Below the pieces are notes generated by a model. It saw only the letters and a list, made by a program, of their open reading frames with translations. It did not search any database and was not told the DNA's origin. The position numbers and the translations under genes are program-made. A stretch of 64,000 bases of DNA. Source: a virus. Shown here in pieces: positions 1 through 11,300 of this stretch (its first letter is position 1; each line of letters opens with the position of its first letter). Where the stretch lies: positions 3,131 to 67,130 of the IMG/VR virus record IMGVR_UViG_3300021364_000017. The stretch is one strand, 5' to 3'.

Positions 1-181
1 CCGCAGACTTTCTTTCTGCAGGTGTCATACTTGCTCTTTTAGAAGATGAAACACACTTTGGTGTACCCTCTCCAGGTTCATCACTTGCACAGGTACCACC
101 AGTAACTACATTCACCCAACCAGATTTACCATCTTTGGATTTGGATCCCTTGAACCACTTATGTAAATTACCTTCCTGCAT
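1..181 (-). CDS. Conserved cyanophage hypothetical protein, 5' part (runs off the window)
   Basis: ATG at 181 reads MQEGNLHKWFKGSKSKDGKSGWVNVVTGGTCASDEPGEGTPKCVSSSKRASMTPAERKSA..., open to the edge; late promoter TATAAATA at 205-212 upstream. Confidence 0.75.
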   Translation of the reverse strand, partial: MQEGNLHKWFKGSKSKDGKSGWVNVVTGGTCASDEPGEGTPKCVSSSKRASMTPAERKSA

Positions 182-204
182 TTTAAAGAAGAGTTCTCTT
201 TTTT

Positions 205-212
205 TATTTATA
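205..212 (-). promoter_or_regulatory. T4-type late promoter TATAAATA
   Basis: tatttata on the + strand, 24 nt upstream of the ATG at 181. Confidence 0.75.
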
Positions 213-217
213 TAATA

Positions 218-484
218 TTATGATGCAATGGAAAAGCTACCACCAATAGAAACAGCAGCAACCTGACTATGTGTCATTGGTGGTATTTCAACAACAACTT
301 CCCCCATAACATCCATTGTTTCTGATGATACTCCAAGAATGTTATGTGAATTCATAACAGTATCTGCCACGGTATAACCGATACCACCACCATGCATCAT
401 AGTTTGTGCGTCCATCCATTCAGAAGTAGTGTAAGTCATTACTGCTTCTTCTATGGTTCCAGTGTTTCTAATTATAATTACCAT
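218..484 (-). CDS. Small protein downstream of fibre, possible fibre assembly chaperone
   Basis: 88 aa ORF immediately downstream of the 1564 aa fibre on the same strand; function inferred from position only. Confidence 0.55.
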   Translation of the reverse strand: MVIIIRNTGTIEEAVMTYTTSEWMDAQTMMHGGGIGYTVADTVMNSHNILGVSSETMDVMGEVVVEIPPMTHSQVAAVSIGGSFSIAS

Positions 485-523
485 TGTTCCTAATAGAATA
501 AGTAAAAAATTGGAAGTGGTTGT

Positions 524-3500
524 TTATACAAGATTTGCTCTGATAAATGAACCTGAGTTTCCTGTTGTATTTAATGCAGGTGAAGTGGCAGTTCTATTAC
601 CGGAAAGAACTGAATTTGAACCGCTAAGATTACTAAAGTCAATATAACCAGCCGATGCTGCAAGTACTCCTGTATTTCCGTTATTTGTTACAGTGGCACC
701 TCTAATTTGAATAGAACCATTCTCACGGCAGGTAACACCTCTTCTACCATTATTAGTAAAGGTGGAACTATTCGCACGAGTTGATGAATTTTCAAGACAG
801 GTCAATCCATCTCTCCCATTATTGGAAATGTAAGACCCTATCAAACGAGATGTTCCATTACGAAGAATGTTAATACCATCACCATTATTATTGGAAATTG
901 TTATATTATTATTCTGTCCTAAAATAATTCCAGAAGTATTACTACAACCTCCTGCACAGTTGGTGATACTTACACCATCTAGCACTGCACTTCCACCAAA
1001 AACTAGAGCAAGACCTCGACCACGGAAATTATGAATAGAGGCATTATTTAGCTGAATAACACCTCCAAGACCTCCTAATAGTCCGTTCTGAACTAGTATT
1101 CCATCATTTGGTTGAGAGGGGTTGCTATCCACAAAGTTCCCCCTAATAAGGATATTACTGATATTTAAAGAAGTTTCTGGACCAACAGTAATGCCAGTGG
1201 TGTTATTAAACTGCCATATTGTGTTAAAGTAATTTTTTAATACTGTGTCATTATTTGATTGAGAACTAGAGGTATATCCTCTAATGGCAGCACCACCATT
1301 ACCACCATTCAGTGTCGCTCCGAAGGGTCTAGTACCTGTAGGTGTGGCTCCGACATATCTGATTTGAGAGCCCTGAGGATGGTCCAATCTGATTGAGGAA
1401 GTGAATGTATAAGTTCCTGAACCAACCGAAACTGTAACTGTCACATTACTCTTAATACGTCTTTGAGATAAAAATTCTGCAGCCTTTGTTGGTGTCGCCC
1501 AAGGAAAACTTATACTTCCATCACCAGTTGAATCATTACCATTGGTCGTTACATAAAGAGTGAGATTTGAAGTTATGATTAGAGATGTGGAACCTGCTAA
1601 TTGCGAATTGGCGATGGTTCCCACAAGAGATGATGCTCTGTAATCAGTAGCATCTTGTAAATTAAATGCTGGTGTAGGATCCGCTTGGCCGAGACTTAAT
1701 TCAACACCACCATAAGAAACTTCTGAGTTGGATAACTTACCATTTGAGATAGAACCTGCTAACTGATCATTAGTGATGGTTCCGGTTAGATTTGTAGTTG
1801 GTAAACTTCCACTAAAAGATGTTGCAGTAATAACACCAGCGAGATTTACATTACCCGTTCCAGTAATATCATTATTATTAACATCAAGATTTCCACCTAA
1901 TTCAGGACTTGTATCACCTACAATGTCAGTACTAACACCAGTCAGTGAACTATATCGATAACCAGTAGCATCTATTAAATTAAATGCTGGAGTGTTATCT
2001 GTACTACCAAGACTGAGTGGTACACCACCATAAGAAACAGATGAGTTTGCTAACTTATTATTTGCAATAGAACCTGCCAACTGGTCATTACTGATGGTCC
2101 CACTGAAAGATACGGTTACAATTCCTGCAGAAGCTGGAGTTGCTGATAGATTTGATCCAAAATTAATCGTTCCTGCAGTACCGACAGATACATCATTATC
2201 AAGAATAATTACCTCAGCAATATCACTTGCACCACTTGTTATTGTATGCGTGCTAATATCAGTAATTCTGCCATCAGATACTGTAATTTGCAATATAGAA
2301 CTTTCACTTCCATATGTTGCATCTGGAGCATCAACAGTACCAGTTAAACCAATACCAGAACCAGTTATAGAATTACCAGTAGATATAGTTACATCACTCT
2401 CAAAATCTCCATTAACAACAAAATCGCCGAAAACAGTTACAGTTGAAACTCCAGTTTCTCCAACTCCATCTATAAGAAGAGCAGTAGTAATACCCACAAA
2501 ATTTCCAACTTCTTCAAATGTACCTACTGTGTCGTCATCATTAATCAATTGGAATTCGTGCATTCCAGACAAGTACCTGATTCTATCTGTTCCAAATTGA
2601 CTATGATTATCATTACCTTTATAAAGAAGTAGTTCCGAATCCTCTGGATAATTATAAATTCTTTCACCAATATAAGTATGAGTGTATGGTACTCTGGATG
2701 CAATTTGTTGAACTCCGGGAGAAATTACCCCATCCCAAAAAGTTCCATGAAACGCAATAAAGTTTGATGTTGTAGAGATACCAACTCTAACATTTCCATC
2801 AGCTTGAAGAGCAATATCTCCTGCAGTACTAATCTCAGCACCTGGAGTTGTATTTTTTGCAATGTGAACTCTTGCTGTTGGTAGAGTTGTTCCGATTCCA
2901 ACATCTCCTGGTCCAGTGACAACCAACCTTTGATATAGATTATCATGTGTTGCAGCACCATCAATTGTTCTAAGATCTTCAGATGGAATTGGATGACTAT
3001 AAGTATCAATATGAACTTCTGCTGCCGCTAATCTGATTCTATCTGCACCAGGTTCTCTAGTTGGAGGAGTAAATGGGAACGGGTCATTACCTTTGAAAAG
3101 TAGTAATTCAGATTTTTGTCCAACTCTTAAGTTTGGATCTGAACTTGGATTATCGTTTCTATATACGTCATCATATACTCTTTCAGCAATAAAACTATGA
3201 GTATATAAGTGGAAATTCTTCTCATCAACACCAGGATCAAGAGATCCATCCAAATAAGTTCCATGAAATGCAATATAGTTGGTTGTTGATGAGAATCCAA
3301 CTCTTACATTTCCATCAGCTTGAAGAGCAATGTCGTTGTTTTCGTTAGGTCCAATATGTACTTTAGCATTTGCAGAAGTTGTTCCAATTCCTACATCACC
3401 AGAAATATATGTATTCCCTTGAACCTGTAGAATATTATCAGTCCCATTGGCATTTACTTCTATTGAAGAATTTGTAGCACTACTATTATTTGATCCAATT

Positions 3501-5218
3501 AATATGTTTCCGCCAGTTCCAACAAATAATCTATTATTTACTCTACCTGGAAATCTATCTCTAAGTGCTAATCCATTTGGTCCACCATATACATCCCAAT
3601 ATGATGTATTTGTTGTTATAGTAGAATTCCAGGTTTGGAATTCCACAGCAGAGTCTAGTGTTGAACTATCAGCAATTCTTGCGATTTTGACAGTTGCTGA
3701 AGTGTCAATAAAGTTAATAGGTCTAAATGCTTTGATTCCGGTCGTTGCATTAAAATCTAGAAGATTATCAAAGTTCAAATTTAAATGGTTTCTATTACCA
3801 GCAATAATTTTACCCACTAAGGATAAATTACCAATAACTTCTAATCTTTGTGAAGGATCATCTGTACCAATACCAATTGAACCAGCAGAACCTACACGAA
3901 CTCTTTCTGTTCCAGCAGTTTCTATTGTGAAATTATCATTTGATGGAAATCTAATTGAAGTATCTGTATCACCTATATGAGTAATTTTATCCGCAATAGA
4001 AATATCACCTGAAAAATTAGCAGATGTTGCTGTGAGTACTCCAGTTACAACTAAAGTATCTGTATTGATACTGCCAGTATTTGCAACTCCAGTAAGACCA
4101 GAACCATCACCAAAGAATGATGTCGCAGTAACTATACCAAGAGTTGATACTCCAGTCACAACTAAAGTATCTGCATTAATGTTTCCAGTTTTTGCAACTC
4201 CAGTAAGACCAGAACCATCACCAAAGAATGATGTTGCTGTTACAATTCCCGTAAGATTTATATTTCCTGTTCCAGTAATATTATTATTATTAACATCTAA
4301 ATTACCACCTAATTGTGGACTAGCATCTCCTACGATATTTGTTGAAATTCCCGTAAGACTATCATAAGGATAATTAGTGGCATCACTTAAATCAAATGCA
4401 GGAGTGTCATCACTACCTCCTAAAGATAGTTGAACTCCACCATAAGAAACTGTGGAGTTATCTAAAGAACTGTTTGGGATATTTGTTAAAGATCCACCAG
4501 AACCAGAGAATGTAGTTGCTGTTACAATTCCCGTAAGATTTATATTACCTGTTCCGACAATATCATTATTATTAATATCAAGATTACCACCCAATTGAGG
4601 GCTAGTATCACCCACAATATCTGTAGTTACTCCGGTAAGACTATTATATGGATAATTAGTAGCATCACTTAAATCAAATGCTGGAGTGTTATCGGTACTA
4701 CCAAGACTTAAGGTAACACCACCATAAGTAACACTATCATTTACAAGTTTGTCATTAGAAATATTACCTGATAACTGCGAATTATCAATAGTTCCACTCA
4801 AGGATACGGTTACAATTCCTGCAGATGCTGGAGTTACTGAAAGATTTGATCCAAAATTAATCGTTCCAGCAGTACCTACAGATACATCATTATCAAGAAT
4901 GACTATTTCTGCAATGTCACTTGCACCTGTGGTTAAGGTATGTGTGTTGACATCGGTAATTCTTCCATCAGTCACAGTAATTTGTAACAGGGCACTTTCG
5001 CTTCCATATGTTGCATCTGGAGCATCAACAGTCGCGGTTAGCCCTATACCCGATCCAGAGAAGGATGTGCCAGTGACAGCTCCAGAAACTTGAACATCCC
5101 CATCAACATCCAGTTTAGATGATGGTAGAGTAGATCCTATACCAACACGATCATTAATAATATTGACAGATAATATATTATCTGAAACTAAATCACCACT
5201 CTCTCTGGTTTTTCCCAT
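524..5218 (-). CDS. Tail fibre/tailspike-like protein with C-terminal right-handed beta-helix (pectin-lyase-like) domain
   Basis: 1564 aa; G/S/T-rich shaft repeats (DTSPQLGGNLDVN, VGIGTT); C-terminal LYVTTNGNDSTGDGS..PWAT motif followed by NNGxxG beta-helix rungs. Confidence 0.8.
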   Translation of the reverse strand: MGKTRESGDLVSDNILSVNIINDRVGIGSTLPSSKLDVDGDVQVSGAVTGTSFSGSGIGLTATVDAPDATYGSESALLQITVTDGRITDVNTHTLTTGASDIAEIVILDNDVSVGTAGTINFGSNLSVTPASAGIVTVSLSGTIDNSQLSGNISNDKLVNDSVTYGGVTLSLGSTDNTPAFDLSDATNYPYNSLTGVTTDIVGDTSPQLGGNLDINNNDIVGTGNINLTGIVTATTFSGSGGSLTNIPNSSLDNSTVSYGGVQLSLGGSDDTPAFDLSDATNYPYDSLTGISTNIVGDASPQLGGNLDVNNNNITGTGNINLTGIVTATSFFGDGSGLTGVAKTGNINADTLVVTGVSTLGIVTATSFFGDGSGLTGVANTGSINTDTLVVTGVLTATSANFSGDISIADKITHIGDTDTSIRFPSNDNFTIETAGTERVRVGSAGSIGIGTDDPSQRLEVIGNLSLVGKIIAGNRNHLNLNFDNLLDFNATTGIKAFRPINFIDTSATVKIARIADSSTLDSAVEFQTWNSTITTNTSYWDVYGGPNGLALRDRFPGRVNNRLFVGTGGNILIGSNNSSATNSSIEVNANGTDNILQVQGNTYISGDVGIGTTSANAKVHIGPNENNDIALQADGNVRVGFSSTTNYIAFHGTYLDGSLDPGVDEKNFHLYTHSFIAERVYDDVYRNDNPSSDPNLRVGQKSELLLFKGNDPFPFTPPTREPGADRIRLAAAEVHIDTYSHPIPSEDLRTIDGAATHDNLYQRLVVTGPGDVGIGTTLPTARVHIAKNTTPGAEISTAGDIALQADGNVRVGISTTSNFIAFHGTFWDGVISPGVQQIASRVPYTHTYIGERIYNYPEDSELLLYKGNDNHSQFGTDRIRYLSGMHEFQLINDDDTVGTFEEVGNFVGITTALLIDGVGETGVSTVTVFGDFVVNGDFESDVTISTGNSITGSGIGLTGTVDAPDATYGSESSILQITVSDGRITDISTHTITSGASDIAEVIILDNDVSVGTAGTINFGSNLSATPASAGIVTVSFSGTISNDQLAGSIANNKLANSSVSYGGVPLSLGSTDNTPAFNLIDATGYRYSSLTGVSTDIVGDTSPELGGNLDVNNNDITGTGNVNLAGVITATSFSGSLPTTNLTGTITNDQLAGSISNGKLSNSEVSYGGVELSLGQADPTPAFNLQDATDYRASSLVGTIANSQLAGSTSLIITSNLTLYVTTNGNDSTGDGSISFPWATPTKAAEFLSQRRIKSNVTVTVSVGSGTYTFTSSIRLDHPQGSQIRYVGATPTGTRPFGATLNGGNGGAAIRGYTSSSQSNNDTVLKNYFNTIWQFNNTTGITVGPETSLNISNILIRGNFVDSNPSQPNDGILVQNGLLGGLGGVIQLNNASIHNFRGRGLALVFGGSAVLDGVSITNCAGGCSNTSGIILGQNNNITISNNNGDGINILRNGTSRLIGSYISNNGRDGLTCLENSSTRANSSTFTNNGRRGVTCRENGSIQIRGATVTNNGNTGVLAASAGYIDFSNLSGSNSVLSGNRTATSPALNTTGNSGSFIRANLV

Positions 5219-5232
5219 ATCCCTTTTCTAAC

Positions 5233-5240
5233 TATTTATT
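5233..5240 (-). promoter_or_regulatory. Late promoter AATAAATA
   Basis: tatttatt 15 nt upstream of the ATG at 5218; lies within a block duplicated at 11339-11374. Confidence 0.65.
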
Positions 5241-5264
5241 AGAAGTTTGTAAATCAAGACGTTG

Positions 5265-5363
5265 TTAATACCCAATAAGATGTCAAGTAAGACCATTATC
5301 TCTTTTATTTAATATTCTATATCCTAATGAAAAACCATTATCAAAATTAAATTCGTTATACAT
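5265..5363 (-). pseudogene. Micro-ORF homologous to the N-terminus of the 431 aa adhesin, interrupted by TGA
   Basis: ATG overlaps the fibre stop (TAATG); reads MYNEFNFDNGFSLGYRILNKRDNGLT*HLIGY* versus MNNYFDHDNGFSKGYSALDKRYIGVWSFIG. Confidence 0.7.
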
Positions 5364-8300
5364 TAGTTTCTCTCCGCTTTGAGGGTTTCTACTTCTGCCT
5401 TCAGTTCCTTAATTGATTCAATAAGAAGTCCAACTAAGTTTCCATATGCCACAGTCTTTGTTCCATCCTCAGTGGTGGTTACAACTTCAGGTAAAACTTT
5501 TTCAACTTCTTGTGCAATCACACCAGACTTTCTGGATTTATCCTCCAAGTCCTTACGAGTAAATGTTACACCACGAATTTGTGATACTTTATTTAATGCA
5601 TCAGGAATAACCTCAACATCCTCTTTAAGTGTGATATCAGAGAAAGCAGTAACGTCACCTGTTGCAGTCAGTGCTCCATAAATTTGTACGCCACCAGAAG
5701 TGGTCCTTAACCTTTCTCCATTGTTTTCATAAAGTCTAACATAAGTTCGAGCAGTGTTATACATCTCAATTATTGTACTATGATTGGTTCCACTAGTATT
5801 CTCGCCTTGGTGATATACAGTACCTTGTGAGTGATTGTAGTTTCTGAAAAAAGTACTTGTACCATCGTGCCACATTCTATAATCAGAACCAGCTCCAAGT
5901 CTCAATGAGTCATTATCACCCAATTTGGTGTAGTTATTACCCCATTCTTGAACCTCAGAACCAGCACAAACAACGCGGAACTGGTCAACAGCATGGAACT
6001 GAATGTAGTTGTTCGTATCACCATCATGAACTATTGCACTAGGAATAGTAACGTTTCCTGTGAAAGTTGGTGAAGCAATTGGTGCTAAAGCAGAACCCTG
6101 AATACCATCAACAGTATCAGCATCAAGACCAGAACCAGCACCATCGTTACCAGTGTGCCAAACAATATTTGAACCAGCAGCTCTAACTGTTTGCCCAGTA
6201 TTTCCGAGATAAATTGTTCTGTTAGAGGCATACCAATTAAAGTAAAGATTTCCGTTTGCTGGAGAATCTATATGAAGGTTACCGCTGGATCTAATTCTTG
6301 AAATGTCATTGCTGTTAGATGAACTCCAACCACCAAAGTAAATGTATTTGGTAGAGTAAGAAGAACTTCGTGTTCTAAGAACCTCTGTATTGCTTGCATG
6401 ACCTGTAATTATAGCACTAAGAGTATCATTAGCATTAGACCTTAGGTAATTGCCATCAGATGCTGTTGCAGTCACTCCAAGATATGTTCTGATTAAAGCA
6501 GTATCATTACAGAAACGAACATAGTTATCATTACTATTGTTAGTTCTAAACGCAAGAGCACCATTAATATAACTATTGTTTCCGTAATTTGGTCTTAAAA
6601 GACGACAATTAATATCAGCAGATCCATTTCTACTAACTACAGTATTAGCAGTAGCATTGACATCTAGGTTTTGACCATCAAGGGTATCGGCGTCAAGACC
6701 AGAACCTGAACCATCATTACCAGAGTGCCAGACAGTGCCGCTACCAACTGTGAAACCACCATCAGCACGAATCATACGTGGAGTGAAGATATTTTTAGCA
6801 GTCTCTTGGTTGATTCTTAACCAAGTAGTATCTTCACATCCAATCTCGCCCATTCTTGTAGTTCCGTTATAAAACTGAATGTGATCGGAAACGTTATTAT
6901 CTGCCTTCTTGATGAGTATTCTAGAATTATCGCCACCGTCTCCTACATTGAGGTCACCCTTATACAGACTAAGGTTACCTGAGTCCGAGAATCCAAAAAC
7001 TGCATTATCGCCACTGTCTCGAATATACCAGCTATCACCCGCTGTCTGGAAGTCCATGTAGAAATCACTTCCGTTATAGAAGAAGGAAATGTCATTGTCT
7101 GTTCCCATCTGCAGGTTTAGGTTATCATTGAAACGCAAGAAACCGCCTGTCTTATAGTCGTTCTGATCAGACCTTACGAAACTTCCAGCGTTAAAACCAT
7201 CAAGTAAGTCAGCATTTAAGTTAGTTACTACTTGAGTGCTATCAACTGTAAATGGAGAAGTAGAACCAGATGTACCACCATTAAATGCAGGTCTATTGGT
7301 GAAACTTAATGTACTTCCAGATGCACTACCAAAAATGCAAGTACCAAATGTGATTAGTTCGTTGCTATCAAATGCCCAACCAATTGATGATGTACCAATT
7401 CTTAACCAACCATTTGCAAAAGTTCCACCTGCAATCGTTCCTGGTCCATTAGGAATTTCTATTCCACCACCAAAATAACTTGGAACATTATTGTTTATGT
7501 AAACACCATAAGCTGTTGTAGGTAAAGTTCCCGAATAGTTACCATAAAGTAAGTAAGATGTATTTGTCTGTTCGACATTAGTGTTATTATCAATCTCTGC
7601 TCGTAATGCATAACAAGGTCCATAGAGATCTGTTGTTCCATTTATTTCTATTTCACTATAGACTCCATAAGCAGTACCAACTGCTGCTGAGTCTGCGGCA
7701 CAATATGACTTAAAATATCCTCCATACTGATTATTAGTATCAGAATTACTATTATCTGAATGTGCAAATGCTTGTACCCCATAAACATTAGATACTGCTC
7801 CAGCACCCCCATTATCTTCAGCAAAGAAATAACCACCATAAACACTACTTGTAGTTCCTGTAGTTGGAGTAGCAGTTGCATTGACATAAAGTCCATTAAC
7901 CACATCAGCATCACCTGTGCTATCTAAATCAATGTAGATTCCATATGCACGGTGTTCATTGGAAGTATCTCCACCAGTATTGGTAGAGTTGATATCCATA
8001 TAGATTCCACCCTGCTCACGATCAGAAGTTGCAACTTGAGATCCTGATAATGTCTGTGAAATTTCTTGAGCAAAATAAAAGTCGTTATTGGTATCGGTTA
8101 CAAAGTTTTCAATTCGTAATGCACCATTCTCGTTATTGTCCGAGTCAATAATTAATGGAGCAGTTATCTCAGAAGCAGTATCAGACCTCAAGAAACTACT
8201 TGCTTGTAAACCATCAAGAGTATCAGCATCTAACCCAGACCCAGAACCATCATTACCTGCGTGCCAGATGGTATTATATGCTCCACCACTTCTAACAGTA

Positions 8301-11300
8301 AGTGAATTTAGGTCTGCACCGTTATAACCTGTAATACGAATATTTCCAGAACTTGTTGCAGCGCCTTGACCAGTCCCCCCTGCTTGAAACCACAAATAAC
8401 TGCCAGAAACTACGATTCTCCCTGCTGTCGAGACATCTGACTCGTTCAAGACTATTTGTGGTTCACTATTTGAAATGGTGAGACCACCACTCATGGTGTC
8501 GGAAGTGTCAGACCTTAGGAAACTTGCACTACTAATACCATCAAGAGTATCAGCATCAAGACCAGAACCTGAACCGTCGTTACCAGCGTGCCAGACTTTG
8601 TTGCCAAGTACTTGTAGACCAGCAGTCCTTGTAAGCCTCATTATCTCGCCATAGTTAATATGACTTGATAGCCAGTACCAACCAGTAGAATCGTTATTTT
8701 GTGCATATTCTACGAAAGATGTTTTATTTACAGCAGTAACACTTAATCCACTTTGATTGGCAACGCCTGCTCTTATTCCAATAAAATGGTTATTGTTGTC
8801 GTATCCTTTTATTAATCCGTATGTATTATTACCACCAGTCTGGACAAGAAGTTCTCCGTTTCTAACCTCAACATCATTGTCAAAATATGCAGAACCATCT
8901 CCTTTGACCCAGAAAGTATCTGCAAGAGTTGTTCCTTTTGCTGCTCTAAAAGCATAACTCGTTGCAGAAGTGCTATATGCATCATAGTGCATAAATGAAG
9001 CAGAAGCTGTCTCGGAACGGTAATCATTCGCATTACGAACCAATACTCCACCTCGCATTGAAGTTGAGTTAATATCAATCTGAGTTTGAATAGATCTTCC
9101 ACCGTAAGTTACGTTTGCAGAATATCCTCCTGCAGCAAAGGAATAAAGTCCTGTAGCAGAGTCGTTAGCATCAGACCTCAAGAAACTTGCACTACTAATA
9201 CCATCAAGAGTATCAGCATCAAGACCAGAACCAGCACCATCAACTGTTTTAATTAAAGTTAAAATTTCAGCAGCAGTTTGATCTGCTGTTGCACCTGACT
9301 CAATACCATCCAGTTTACTACCGTCAGACGCAATATCACGACCGTCAACTGTACCTGTAACCGAGATATTTCCAGTTACGTCAACACCACTTCTCGCGGT
9401 GATAAGTCCTATAGAGTCAACATTAGTTACATCTTCATAAGTTAATGTTCCTGCAATACTTACGTTACCGGAGAATGTTCCACTACCAGTTATATTGATA
9501 TTACCAGTCCCAGTAATGTCATTACTATTAAGATCTAAATTGCCACCAAGTTGAGGTGTTGTATCATCAACAAGATTAACCATTACACCGGATACTTGGG
9601 AATGAGTTAATCCGGTTAAGTTGGACCCATCACCATAGAATGATGATGCAGTAATTATACCACTAGTGTTTACTGAAACTGTTGTTCCAATACCAACTGA
9701 TGCTTCTTCTTCAATCTCTACAATTTGATTACTATGATTTCTGCGAGTTTTTCGGAAAAAGACCTTACCTCTTCTTTGCCTAAAAATAACTGGCTCATCA
9801 TCTTCATCATCAGAATCAAGACGAATCTCATTAAGACCCCGAATTGTTTTTGCATTAGCGTCAAGAACAATAGAACTTGTTCCAATACTTAAAATACCAG
9901 TTACTCTTGCATTTCCCTGAACAACCAAATCTTCATTATATGTAATACCAGAACCTACAGGATCAACATGAAGTTTTGATGTAGTAACGACACCAGCAAC
10001 ATTTATATTTCCAGATGCGGCAATTTCACCATCCTCATCTATTCGGAATAACTCAGTACCACTTCCACTGTCCCCATTTGAAACTACGTTGAATATTTTA
10101 TCTGTAGAACTATTATTACTATCAATTGCTATTTGTACACTACCTCTACTTACTACAGATAATGTATCAGATGAAGAGACATTAAGAATTTTTGGATAAC
10201 CAGGATCTGATACATTAATTTCAATTCTATCACCAATTGGATCTTCAGTTCCAAATCTAGCAACGGATCCAGAACCTCTAACATCAAGTCTACGATTTGG
10301 ATTATTTGTACCAATGCCAATATCTCCATCTTTGGTGATACGCATTTTTTCTGTGGGGACCGTATCACCAGTTGAAGATCTTGTGTAAAATGCTAGTTCT
10401 CCTCTGAAGTCGTCATTATCAAATTCTTGATATGTAATTAAAGCTGCTGGATGTGTATCATCTACATTGGCAGCAAAACCAATACCAAATTCTTCCTGTG
10501 ATGATGCACTTCTTGTTTGAGTGGCAATACGAATAACTTCAGTTCCAGGTCCATTAAAGGTAGAAACTCCAGTTACATTGAGACTTCCGGTATCTATCGT
10601 ATCACTAACTATATTTGCAGTATTCGCGAGACCTGTAATAGTTACAGAACCTGTGGAACTATCAATAGAAATATTATCACCAGCAGTAATTGAAGTTACA
10701 AGTCCAGATAAAGTAGAACCATCACCATAATATGAAGTTGCTGATACAATACCAGTAAGGTTAATATTACCTGTTCCAGTAATATCATTACCATTGACAT
10801 CCAAATTTCCACCAAGTTGTGGAGTAGTATCACCCACAATATTAGTAGTGATTCCAGTAAGAGAATCATATGGATAATTGGCGGCATCAGAAAGATCAAA
10901 TGCTGGAGTTGCATCTGAACCACCAAGACTTAATGATACACCACCATAGGATACAGTTGAGTTAGATAACTTACTATTTTCGATAGAACCTGCTAATTGA
11001 GCATTAGTAATGGTTCCTGTGAGATCAGTTGTTGCTAAACTGCCATCAAATGAAGTTGCTGTCACCACTCCAACAGCATTAATGCCCCCAGAAGTTACAT
11101 TGATACCACTTCTCGCGGTGATAAGTCCTATAGAGTCAACATTAGTTACATCTTCATAAGTTAATGTTCCACCAATACTTACATTACCTGAAAAGTTTGC
11201 AGATGATGCGGTAATGATGCCAGAAATATTTGCATCACCACTTACGTCCAGTTTAGATGATGGTAGAGTAGATCCTATACCAACACGATCGTTATCAATA

